Positions 53,693 through 61,975 of a stretch of 64,000 bases of DNA are shown here, in pieces (the stretch's first letter is position 1; every line of letters starts with the position of its first letter). Position numbers and translations under genes: made by a program. Where the stretch lies: contig NZ_JBEVLL010000324.1 in assembly GCF_040509215.1 (NCBI RefSeq), forward strand, positions 5,857 to 69,856. The letters are read 5' to 3'. The notes below the pieces were generated by a model, which was given only the letters and a program-made list of their open reading frames with translations, searched no databases and was not told where the DNA came from. Source of the DNA: Devosia sp. GTDB lineage: Bacteria > Pseudomonadota > Alphaproteobacteria > Rhizobiales > Devosiaceae.

Positions 53693-54730
53693 ATGACCGC
53701 ACCTTCCACCAGCTCGTCGCATGGACCATCCTCCCGTCTTCGGCGGTCAGCGGGGCTGTTCGCGCTGGTTGCGCTCCTGGCACTTCTGGTCCTTTGCAGC
53801 ATCGGTGTTGGCGCGAGACCCATCTCGATTGATATCGTGTGGCGCGCGCTGGTTGCACCGGATGGTGGGCGCGACGCCATCATTGTCTGGCAATTGCGCA
53901 TGCCGCGCACTTTGCTCGGCATTCTGGTCGGCGTTGGCCTCGGCCTTAGCGGCGCGATGATGCAGGCACTGACCCGCAATCCGCTTGCCGCACCGGGGCT
54001 CCTCGGCATCAATGCGGGCGCGGCCTTTTTCGTCGTCATCGCCATTTCTGTTTTCGGGATCACCAATTTTTCCGGCTATGTCTGGTTCTCCATGGCCGGC
54101 TGCGCGGCGACAGCGGCACTTGTCTACCGCCTCAGCGGCAATACCGGCTCTTCGGTGCAACAGGTGCGGTTGATCCTTGCAGGTGCGGCCATCTCGGCCT
54201 GCCTCGGCGCCGCGACCGGCATCATCACGCTCTACAATTCGCAGACGTTTGACTCCTATCGCTTCTGGGTTGTCGGCTCCCTGCAGAACCGCGTGCCGGA
54301 AGTTGCCTTCCAGGTTCTACCCATCATCCTCCTGGGTGCGGGGATGGTCGTTGCCTTGGGTGGCAGGCTCAATGCTTTGGCGCTGGGCGATGATGTCGGA
54401 CGAGCTCTGGGCGTGCGGATTACCCAGGTGCGGGCGCTGAGCATGGTGGCCATTACGCTTCTTTGCGGCGGCTCGACCGCCGCGGCCGGCCCAGTCGGCT
54501 TTGTCGGCCTCATGGTGCCTCATGCCGTGCGGATGATCGTCGGACCGGACTGGCGCTGGATCTTGCCTTATAGCGTCCTTGCCGGACCGATCGTGGTGCT
54601 CGCCAGCGACATTGTCGGACGGATCATCGCGCCTCCGGGCGAACTCGAAGTCGGCATCGTCACGGCGTTTGTCGGCGCGCCAGTTTTGCTCTTCCTTGTG
54701 CTCCGCAAGACTCAGGCGTCGCAGCGATGA
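53693..54730 (+). CDS. FecCD-family iron-siderophore ABC permease
   Basis: 345 aa, polytopic. RMPRTLLGILVGVGLGLSGAMMQ is typical of FecCD. Confidence 0.9.
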   Translation: MTAPSTSSSHGPSSRLRRSAGLFALVALLALLVLCSIGVGARPISIDIVWRALVAPDGGRDAIIVWQLRMPRTLLGILVGVGLGLSGAMMQALTRNPLAAPGLLGINAGAAFFVVIAISVFGITNFSGYVWFSMAGCAATAALVYRLSGNTGSSVQQVRLILAGAAISACLGAATGIITLYNSQTFDSYRFWVVGSLQNRVPEVAFQVLPIILLGAGMVVALGGRLNALALGDDVGRALGVRITQVRALSMVAITLLCGGSTAAAGPVGFVGLMVPHAVRMIVGPDWRWILPYSVLAGPIVVLASDIVGRIIAPPGELEVGIVTAFVGAPVLLFLVLRKTQASQR

Positions 54731-55785
54731 CCGAAGCATCCCCCAAGCTCAATCGTACGACATGGCGCCCCCTGCCCGGCGTTGCCCTACCTTACCAACC
54801 GCGCTCATTGTGGCTTCTGGCGATCTCGCTGATCGCCATAACTGCACTTGTTATTGCGACGCTATTGACCGGGGAATTCACGCTTTCACCGTCCGGCGTC
54901 TGGCAGACGCTGACCGGTCAGCAGGACGACAGCCTTGCCAATCTCGTTGTGCTGGAACTGCGCCTCCCTCGCATTCTGGCTTGCCTTCTCGTCGGCTTGG
55001 CCCTGGGCCTTTCCGGCGCGATTTTTCAGGGCATGGCCCGCAATCCACTGGCCAGCCCCGATGTCGTCGGCTTCACCACCGGCGCCGCGACCGGCGTCCT
55101 GGTTCTGTTGCTGGTCGAAGGGTTTGCCGTCACCGCAAGCCTGTCGGTCGGCGCCATGGTTGGCGGCTTTGGCACGGCCCTGATCGTCTACCTGCTGGCC
55201 ATGCGGCGCGGAGTTCATGGCCAACGGCTGATCCTCGTTGGCATCGCTATTGGCGCCATGCTGGCGGCGATCAATTCCTACCTCATCACCCGGGCCGAGC
55301 TGGAATCGGCGCAGGCCGCCCGCATCTGGATGCACGGAAGCCTCAATGGGGTGAGCTGGCCACAGGTTCTGCCACTGCTGCTCTGGTCATTGATCCTCGT
55401 GCCGGCGGCAATGGCTCTGTCGCGCCGGCTTGGCCTGCTCGAATTTGGCGACGATATCGCCGCCGGTCTCGGACTGCCGGTCAATCGCTCAAAGACGCAG
55501 CTCATTGTGGTTTCGATAACGCTTGCCGCCGCCGCCATCTCGGTTGGCGGACCGATCGGTTTTGTGGCACTCGCAGCGCCCCAGCTGGCGCGAAAACTGG
55601 CCGGAACCGGTGGCATCGCGCTGCTCCCATCCGCCGCCGTCGGTGCGACGCTCTTGCTTGCCGCCGATCTTCTGGCGCAACGCCTCCTGGCGCCTTTTCA
55701 GATACCCGTCGGCCTGCTGACCGGCGCGCTGGGGGGCGCCTACCTGCTCTTCCTCCTGTCGCGCGAGTGGCGCCGAGTGGACTAA
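54727..55785 (+). CDS. FecCD-family iron-siderophore ABC permease
   Basis: 352 aa, with RLPRILACLLVGLALGLSGAIFQ. The ATG overlaps the upstream stop. Confidence 0.9.
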   Translation: MTEASPKLNRTTWRPLPGVALPYQPRSLWLLAISLIAITALVIATLLTGEFTLSPSGVWQTLTGQQDDSLANLVVLELRLPRILACLLVGLALGLSGAIFQGMARNPLASPDVVGFTTGAATGVLVLLLVEGFAVTASLSVGAMVGGFGTALIVYLLAMRRGVHGQRLILVGIAIGAMLAAINSYLITRAELESAQAARIWMHGSLNGVSWPQVLPLLLWSLILVPAAMALSRRLGLLEFGDDIAAGLGLPVNRSKTQLIVVSITLAAAAISVGGPIGFVALAAPQLARKLAGTGGIALLPSAAVGATLLLAADLLAQRLLAPFQIPVGLLTGALGGAYLLFLLSREWRRVD

Positions 55786-55975
55786 ACTGCCAAGTGTAGT
55801 CATTCGATGACGCTATCCAGCGTCATGGCGAGGTTCAGATCAGTCCGTTCAACTGCAAGTTCAAAGCCGCATCCTGTGAGTGGGGCATCGCCCGCTTACT
55901 GTCCGACCACGACCGCTGGACCAATGCGCAGGATATCCAAGTTGCCGGCGGCCATATCACGTAAAGGGAGACGAA

Positions 55976-56377
55976 ATGCTCGATCATATTTTTCTGACCG
56001 TTGGCGATCTCGACCGCGCCATCGGATTTTACGAGGCGGTTTTACCCATACTGGGGATCAGTCGGCGCCTCGATTACGATGGCAATCAGGGCCCTGCCGG
56101 CCATCCGGACCTCAAGGGCTTTGGGGCCAATGGCCGGATATTTTTCTGGTTGCGGGTAGGTCAGCCGGCACCCAGCGCGGTGCATGTTGGCTTCGTGGCA
56201 GAGTCGGAAGAGATGGTCGACGCCGCCTATGCGGCCGCTCTGGCTGCCGGCGCAAAGCCAATCCACGCGCCGGGACCGCAGCTGCACTACGACCCGCGCT
56301 ACTATGCAGCGCAGGTCACTGACCTCGACGGCTATTCGCTCGAGTTCGTCTACAAAAGCTGGCAGCACAAGGATTGA
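55976..56377 (+). CDS. VOC (glyoxalase/bleomycin-resistance/dioxygenase) family protein
   Basis: Starts MLDHIFLTVGDLDRAIGFYEAVL, with RBS AAGGGAG upstream. The track ORF is over-extended from 55880. Confidence 0.85.
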   Translation: MLDHIFLTVGDLDRAIGFYEAVLPILGISRRLDYDGNQGPAGHPDLKGFGANGRIFFWLRVGQPAPSAVHVGFVAESEEMVDAAYAAALAAGAKPIHAPGPQLHYDPRYYAAQVTDLDGYSLEFVYKSWQHKD

Positions 56378-56541
56378 TGCCAATGACCGCATCGCACCAT
56401 TTCACGCGCCGGTCGCCTCCCTGTGTCTTCCTCGGGTGAACGGCGTCTGCCAGACAATCCTCCAGGGACCGGGGGTCTAAATGCGCCATGCGGGTGAGCG
56501 ACTGAACGGTCCATACGACTGCCACAGCGCGATTTGCACAT

Positions 56542-56964
56542 TCACCTTGTGATCGAGGCGCCGGCGAAATCGGCGTTTGCGATGGCTGTGCAAAGGTCGT
56601 TCCAATCGCAGCCCGCGCAGGCGGAGCGCGTTTTTGTTGACCGGAAAGCGGCCCGCCATGCGGCTAGGGTTTCGGCTCCGATTTCGATTATGGCGTCTGG
56701 TGCTACCGTGAGGTTGAACAGGTGCGCCATGTCGTCAGCCGCATGCCTGTCTCGTTCGCGCACACTGTCGCGCAGACAGTGCGCTGAATCGCCGGCCAGG
56801 AGCGGGGCGCAGATGTCGTCCGGGCCTTCGACAATCAGGATGTTTTCTCCTGCCGACAGCCGCTCTGCGATGGCGTCAAAGTTTTTCGTGAAATCGGCGG
56901 AGTATCCTTTGCCTACATAGGTCAGTAGGCAAAGGAGATGATGCGGGCGCAGACGGACGGTCAT
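56542..56964 (-). CDS. DUF1284 domain protein, translationally coupled to bioY
   Basis: N-terminal RLRPHHLLCLLTYVGKGYS signature. The ATG overlaps the bioY stop (ATGA). Confidence 0.8.
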   Translation of the reverse strand: MTVRLRPHHLLCLLTYVGKGYSADFTKNFDAIAERLSAGENILIVEGPDDICAPLLAGDSAHCLRDSVRERDRHAADDMAHLFNLTVAPDAIIEIGAETLAAWRAAFRSTKTRSACAGCDWNDLCTAIANADFAGASITR

Positions 56965-57539
56965 TGTGACTTTTGGGTCTTCCGACGGAAAAGGGCGTAG
57001 AGAAGAGCCGCGCCAAGGGCCGATTTGAAAAGGCCACCGACGAGGAAGGGGAAGACGCCAAACGTGAAGGCGTCATTGGGGCCGATGGACACGGCTAGCC
57101 ACATTGCCCCAAGCGCGAGACACACCGCGTTTCCCAGGATCATGCTCACAAAGGCCAGTACCGGACGCTGACCGCTCCAGCCTTGCTCGGCGAGCCATCC
57201 GGTCAATGCCGCTGCCAGCGGAAAGGCGAAAAGATATCCGGCCGTCGGGCCAACGAAGTGATGTGCGCCAGCGGCGCCGCCAGAAAGAACGGGCATGCCC
57301 ATGGCCGCTTCGGCCAACCACGCAAGGACCGTCAGGGCGCCGAGGCGCCAGCCATAGAGCGCACCGACCAAGGTCACCGCCAAAGTCTGCAGGTTTACCG
57401 GAACAGGGACCAGCGGCACCTCGACGTAGGACGCCGCGGCGAGGAAGATTGTTCCCGCAAAAACGGCGGCGGCCTGCCACAGAAGCGGCTTGTCCCGGAG
57501 ATGGATCAAGGTGGAAGCGGCGGATTTGTCAGTGACCAT
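56961..57539 (-). CDS. bioY: Biotin transporter BioY
   Basis: PVPVNLQTLAVTLVGALYG...GPTAGYLFAFPLAA is typical BioY. ATG 57539 has a GGAG 6 nt upstream and is preferred over 57551. Confidence 0.9.
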   Translation of the reverse strand: MVTDKSAASTLIHLRDKPLLWQAAAVFAGTIFLAAASYVEVPLVPVPVNLQTLAVTLVGALYGWRLGALTVLAWLAEAAMGMPVLSGGAAGAHHFVGPTAGYLFAFPLAAALTGWLAEQGWSGQRPVLAFVSMILGNAVCLALGAMWLAVSIGPNDAFTFGVFPFLVGGLFKSALGAALLYALFRRKTQKSQ

Positions 57540-57556
57540 TTGTGGCTCCATCTAAA

Positions 57557-57566
57557 TTATAGATAA
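57557..57566. promoter_or_regulatory. BioR operator candidate TTATAGATAA
   Basis: Exact match to the published alphaproteobacterial BioR palindrome TTATMKATAA. It lies in the AT-rich stretch 18 nt upstream of the bioY ATG, with a degenerate second copy (ATATCTATCG) 9 nt further upstream. Confidence 0.6.
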
Positions 57567-57649
57567 TTTCTAATATCTATCGCTAAATGAATCCACGGCA
57601 CGATCGCGCTGGCAAGAGCGAAGTCTTGGAAGCGAACAAAAAGATGGGA

Positions 57650-58267
57650 TCAGCGGGGGGCGCGACCGCCCAACAGCACATGACGCTTGAGAATTGATCC
57701 TGCCTGCTCGACCTGCCCTGCTCGCAACGCAACCAGAATCGCGCTGTGATCCCTATCGGTTGGAGCCTCCCATTCTGCGCTCCAGCCGGAGAACAGGAAC
57801 CGGGCGCTTGCCGTCTGCAGATCGTCGATCGCCTTGAGCAGCCTTGGCATTCCGCAGGGCGCAAGAAGAGTGCGATGGAAATTCCGATTGGCCTGCTCCC
57901 AGGCCTGGACGTCGGGAGCGCTATCGCCCTCGTCGTTTATTTCTTCCGCGTGGTCCAGGATTGCACGGGTGAGGTGGGGGGCAGCGTTTTGCAGGGCCAG
58001 CACTTCGAGTGCAGCGCGCATCTCGGCCACTTCCTTCACCTCGGCGCGGGAGAAGCCGGCCACGCGGACGCCCCGACGCGGCTCACTGACCGCCAGTCCT
58101 TGTGCCTCAAGGCGCCGAAAGGCCTCTCGCACCGGCACGTGGCTGGCGCCGAACTCCTCGGCGACATGGTCCTGACGCAACGGCGTGCCGGGCTCGAGCG
58201 CCCCGGAGATGATCCGACCGGCGAGTGTCTTTGCAATCTGGTTGGCGAGCGTGTCGTCTTTGGCCAT
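57650..58267 (-). CDS. bioR: GntR/FCD family regulator, probable biotin repressor BioR
   Basis: GntR wHTH (LRQDHVAEEFGASHVPVREAFRRLEAQGL). Sits immediately upstream of bioY with a BioR box between the two genes. Confidence 0.65.
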   Translation of the reverse strand: MAKDDTLANQIAKTLAGRIISGALEPGTPLRQDHVAEEFGASHVPVREAFRRLEAQGLAVSEPRRGVRVAGFSRAEVKEVAEMRAALEVLALQNAAPHLTRAILDHAEEINDEGDSAPDVQAWEQANRNFHRTLLAPCGMPRLLKAIDDLQTASARFLFSGWSAEWEAPTDRDHSAILVALRAGQVEQAGSILKRHVLLGGRAPR

Positions 58268-58444
58268 GTATCTGAAAAGGTGAAATGAGATCGTTTGGAC
58301 GAGTGCAAATTTCTCATACACCGGCAAGGATTAGCTTGCACGCCGTGATAGCGACGTCGTCGGCTTCTCGTGCGGGGGCCACGGCGGCACCCTGCCCCAT
58401 GGCGTGAAACCAAGTGCTTGCATGACTGCAGATAACTCGCCTAT

Positions 58445-58552
58445 GGTCGCGCCATTCCACAGGGGTGCTCCGTAGAGTCGGGGCTGAGATGGAGGCAGCA
58501 AGCCTTCGGACCCTACAGCTGATCTGGGTAATACCAGCGGAGCGAGGCGGGC
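58445..58552 (+). promoter_or_regulatory. TPP (THI-box) riboswitch
   Basis: Conserved cores cAGGGGTGCtc...GCTGAGAt...ACCCtacaGCTGATCTGGGTAATACCAGCGgAGcGAGG. The 3' end overlaps the SD (GAGG) of ykoF. Confidence 0.85.
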
Positions 58553-58553
58553 T

Positions 58554-59162
58554 ATGTTTTCTGGCGCACAGATTTCCCTTTATCCGATGGCTGACGATTT
58601 CGTCGGCATCATCATGAACGCTCTTTCCGCGCTCGATCCCTATCGTGATCGCCTGCGGATCGAGACGGACGATATTTCGACACTCCTGGTCGGACCGCCG
58701 GAAGTCTTGTTCCCGGCAATGCGCGACCTCTTCAGCGCAGCCGCGCGAACGGGTGTCCATTGTACCCTTTCGGCGGCAATTTCGCGCGGTTGCCCCGGCG
58801 AACCAGATGAGGCCATCTGCCAGTCCGGACATTTAGCCGGTCCAATGGCCTCCCTTGCCGAACGACAGAAGACTGCGCTGGCGGCGGTTGCGGATGCACC
58901 GACGATGGGCGTGTTCTCGGTCGCCCAGTTCTCGCTCTACGTCATGGGGCAAGGGAACCATATGGACGAGATCTATGGCTGCATCGACTTCCTGAAGAGC
59001 TCGGGCACCTTCGAGACGTCCAAACATTTCTGCACCAAGCTCAATGGCGATACCGGCGCCCTGTTCGCAACGCTGGAACAAGCCTTTTGCGGCTTTGGCC
59101 CACCCGAAGGGCACGTCACGATCGATCTCACGGTTTCGGCCAACAGCCCCAGCACACGCTAA
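58554..59162 (+). CDS. ykoF: YkoF-like thiamine/HMP-binding protein
   Basis: Tandem ACT-like halves beginning MFSGAQISLYPMADDF and VAQFSLYVMGQGNHMDE. Confidence 0.8.
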   Translation: MFSGAQISLYPMADDFVGIIMNALSALDPYRDRLRIETDDISTLLVGPPEVLFPAMRDLFSAAARTGVHCTLSAAISRGCPGEPDEAICQSGHLAGPMASLAERQKTALAAVADAPTMGVFSVAQFSLYVMGQGNHMDEIYGCIDFLKSSGTFETSKHFCTKLNGDTGALFATLEQAFCGFGPPEGHVTIDLTVSANSPSTR

Positions 59163-59173
59163 GCGCGGAAGCC

Positions 59174-59974
59174 ATGATGTCGATTGCATACGCACCATTG
59201 CGCGCTTTCGCGCGCCTTTCGCTCCATGCCGGTCCGGCCGTGTTGTCGGTCGCCACACTTTTCCTGGGCTGGGAAGCCTATGTGCACTTCTCGGACATCT
59301 CGCCGACAACATTGCCGGCGCCTTCCCGAATTCTGCTTCAGGCCTATGAGCAGCGGGAGGCGCTTGCGAGCCATAGCCTCGCGACACTCCAGGCCACGAC
59401 TTTCGGGTTCACTTGCTCGCTGATTGCCGCGTTCCTGTTCTCGCTTCTGGTGGACTTCTTTCCGCTACTGCGACGCGCCCTGTTTCCAGTCTTCATCATC
59501 ACCCAAACCCTGCCATTGGTCGCCATCGCTCCGCTGATCGTGCTGTGGTTCGGCTTTGGGCTCACGCCCAAGATCGTCTTGGTCGCCCTGGTGACGTTCT
59601 TTCCCATGCTGGTGGCACTGGTGCAGGGATACGCGGCCACTGACCGCGATTTGGAGGCGCTGCTCGCCTCAATGGGCGCCTCGCGGTGGCGCATCTTCGC
59701 CATGGCGCGGCTACCATCGGCCCTGCCCTATTTTTTCGCTGGGCTCCGGATCTCCATCACCTATGCGGTCGTCGGGGCGATCTTCTCCGAATATGCCGGC
59801 GCGGCCAGGGGACTTGGGATCTACATCCTCAACGCCAAGAACAATTTTCGCCCAGACCTTGTGCTGGCGGCGGTCTTTGTCAGCGCCACGCTGACCCTCG
59901 TGCTTTTCGGCGCCACCGTCTTGCTCCAGCGCGCCGCCATGCCATGGGCCCGGCTCGGGGAGAAGAACCCATGA
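59174..59974 (+). CDS. thiX: ABC permease ThiX (NitT/TauT family; pyrimidine-precursor uptake)
   Basis: Six-TM permease within the riboswitch-controlled operon. Confidence 0.8.
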   Translation: MMSIAYAPLRAFARLSLHAGPAVLSVATLFLGWEAYVHFSDISPTTLPAPSRILLQAYEQREALASHSLATLQATTFGFTCSLIAAFLFSLLVDFFPLLRRALFPVFIITQTLPLVAIAPLIVLWFGFGLTPKIVLVALVTFFPMLVALVQGYAATDRDLEALLASMGASRWRIFAMARLPSALPYFFAGLRISITYAVVGAIFSEYAGAARGLGIYILNAKNNFRPDLVLAAVFVSATLTLVLFGATVLLQRAAMPWARLGEKNP

Positions 59975-60720
59975 CCGCGCCCGGCCTGGAAATGCGGGGT
60001 GTGAGCAAGGCCTTTGATGGCCGAAGCGTGCTGGATCGGATCAGCCTCGTCGTACGGCCGGCCGAGTTCGTTTCCATCGTGGGACCGTCAGGGGCCGGAA
60101 AATCCACCATTCTCAATCTTCTGACGGGGGCTTTGGCTCCCGATGGCGGTGAGATCTTGTTCGACGGAATTCACCTCACACCCAGCCGTCAGCGCTTCGC
60201 GTTCATGCCGCAGCGCGATGCGCTGATGCCCTGGCGTCGCGTCATCGACAATACGACGCTTGGTCTCGAGGTGGCAGGAATGGCCCGAAGCGCCGCACGC
60301 GCCAAAGTCCGGCCCTTGCTTGCCGAGTTCGGACTCGATGGCTTCGAACGCCACTACCCAGCGCAATTGTCCGGCGGAATGCGCCAACGCGCCGCGCTCC
60401 TGCGGACCGTGGTGCAGGGCAAGCCCGTGCTGCTGCTCGACGAACCGTTCGGCGCCCTTGATGCACTCACCCGAACCCGAATGCAGCGCTGGCTGGCCGA
60501 GATGTGGACCCGTCATCGCTGGACAGTGCTCCTCATCACCCATGATGTGCGGGAGGCCGCGCTGCTCTCCGACCGAGTCTATGTGCTTTCCGCCCGGCCG
60601 GCTCGCATCGACCGCGTGATCGAGGTGCCACTGCCTCATCCCCGACCACCGGCTGGCTCGGCCACCCTAGCCGCCATCGAGTCCGAAATCCTGCAAACGC
60701 TCTTCAACAGCGAGGTTTAG
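59971..60720 (+). CDS. thiZ: ABC ATP-binding protein ThiZ
   Basis: GPSGAGKSTILNLL, LSGGMRQRAALLRTV, LLLLDEPFGALD. The ATG overlaps the upstream stop. Confidence 0.85.
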   Translation: MTAPGLEMRGVSKAFDGRSVLDRISLVVRPAEFVSIVGPSGAGKSTILNLLTGALAPDGGEILFDGIHLTPSRQRFAFMPQRDALMPWRRVIDNTTLGLEVAGMARSAARAKVRPLLAEFGLDGFERHYPAQLSGGMRQRAALLRTVVQGKPVLLLDEPFGALDALTRTRMQRWLAEMWTRHRWTVLLITHDVREAALLSDRVYVLSARPARIDRVIEVPLPHPRPPAGSATLAAIESEILQTLFNSEV

Positions 60721-60722
60721 TC

Positions 60723-61730
60723 ATGCCGCTCTTTCGCAGTGCCGCCGCCCTACTCATTGCCGGCTTGGCCACAACTGGCCCTGTCATGGCGGAATCCGTT
60801 CCGGTGACCGTGGCGCTCGACTGGACGCCCAATACCAATCACATCGGTCTCTACGTGGCCGAGGCGAAGGGCTTTTACGAAGACGCGGGCCTCGATGTGC
60901 AAATCCTGCCCTATTCGGACACATCGGCTTCAACCCTCGTCGCCAACCGCGTGGCCGATTTCGGCGTCATCGGGTCCATTGGCCTCTTCATCCAACGCGC
61001 CGCTGGCGCCGATCTGGTTGCGACCTACGCGCTCGTTCAGACCGAAACAGGGCGCCTGGTGTTCAACGGCGACCGTCAGGATATCCAAAGCCCCAAAGAC
61101 CTCGATGGCAAGACCTATGCAGGCTTCGGTGGCGCCTGGGAGGACGTCCTGCTGGGCACGATGATCCGCAACGATGGCGGCAAAGGCGAATATGAAACAG
61201 TCACCCTGGGCACTTCGGCCTACGAGGCGCTCTACAATGGTGCTGTAGATTTCACGCTCGAGGTTTACACCTGGGAGGGCGCGAAGGCAGAGCGCGATGG
61301 TCGCAAACAAGGCGCGTTTCGCTATGCAGATTTCGGCGTGCCGGATCAGCACACCAACTTCATAGGAACCAGCGGAGCCTATCTCGCAGAACATCCCGAC
61401 AGGGCGAAGGCCTTCATCGGCGCCACGCAAGAGGGATATGCCTACGCGGTCGACAACCCGGACGAGGCCGCCGACATTCTCGTCGCGGCGAATCCCGATG
61501 CTGCCCTCGACCGTGATTTTGTCCGTGCATCACTCCAGGCTCTTATCGACGGCCACTATCTCAAAGCGGAAACTGGCGAGGTCGGAGTTATCAATCCGGC
61601 CAAAATGGACGCCGTGGGCAATTTCATTTTCCAGTCGGGCATCCTGAGGGATGGCGAGGGCAAGCCGCTGACGGATGCCCCTGATGTGTCGGCCTATTAT
61701 TCCAACGATTACCTCAATACTCGGCCTTGA
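60723..61730 (+). CDS. thiY: NMT1/THI5-like substrate-binding protein ThiY
   Basis: Signal peptide MPLFRSAAALLIAGLATTGPVMA, then VALDWTPNTNHIGLYVA, typical of THI5/ThiY. Confidence 0.85.
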   Translation: MPLFRSAAALLIAGLATTGPVMAESVPVTVALDWTPNTNHIGLYVAEAKGFYEDAGLDVQILPYSDTSASTLVANRVADFGVIGSIGLFIQRAAGADLVATYALVQTETGRLVFNGDRQDIQSPKDLDGKTYAGFGGAWEDVLLGTMIRNDGGKGEYETVTLGTSAYEALYNGAVDFTLEVYTWEGAKAERDGRKQGAFRYADFGVPDQHTNFIGTSGAYLAEHPDRAKAFIGATQEGYAYAVDNPDEAADILVAANPDAALDRDFVRASLQALIDGHYLKAETGEVGVINPAKMDAVGNFIFQSGILRDGEGKPLTDAPDVSAYYSNDYLNTRP

Positions 61731-61857
61731 GCGCCTCGAGAACGGCAACGAATAGTTCGATGCCGTTCTGACGCCGCGGGCCGATTCAACCTGCCTTTTT
61801 GGGCGGATCATCAACAGAGCCAAGGATGGGATTGACTAAGAAATCATCAAATGCATA

Positions 61858-61889
61858 AATGACACCGATGTCATGACATCGGTGTCATT
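61858..61889. repeat. Perfect 32-bp palindrome (16+16, no spacer)
   Basis: AATGACACCGATGTCA|TGACATCGGTGTCATT. Each arm itself contains TGACA-N4-TGTCA. It lies 87 nt upstream of the LacI-family gene. Confidence 0.9.
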
Positions 61890-61975
61890 GTCGCCGGGGA
61901 GACATCGCGGCGGATCTGATTGCACGAACGCGGGAGGCGCGTTGTGTAAGAAAGGTTCGACCGAAGGAGGATCGC

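Noticed and set aside
55807-56322. 171-aa plus ORF after the second FecCD permease, considered as a degenerate ATPase
   Set aside because: It has no Walker motifs and an Arg/Ser/Pro-rich composition. It overlaps the well-supported VOC gene in another frame.
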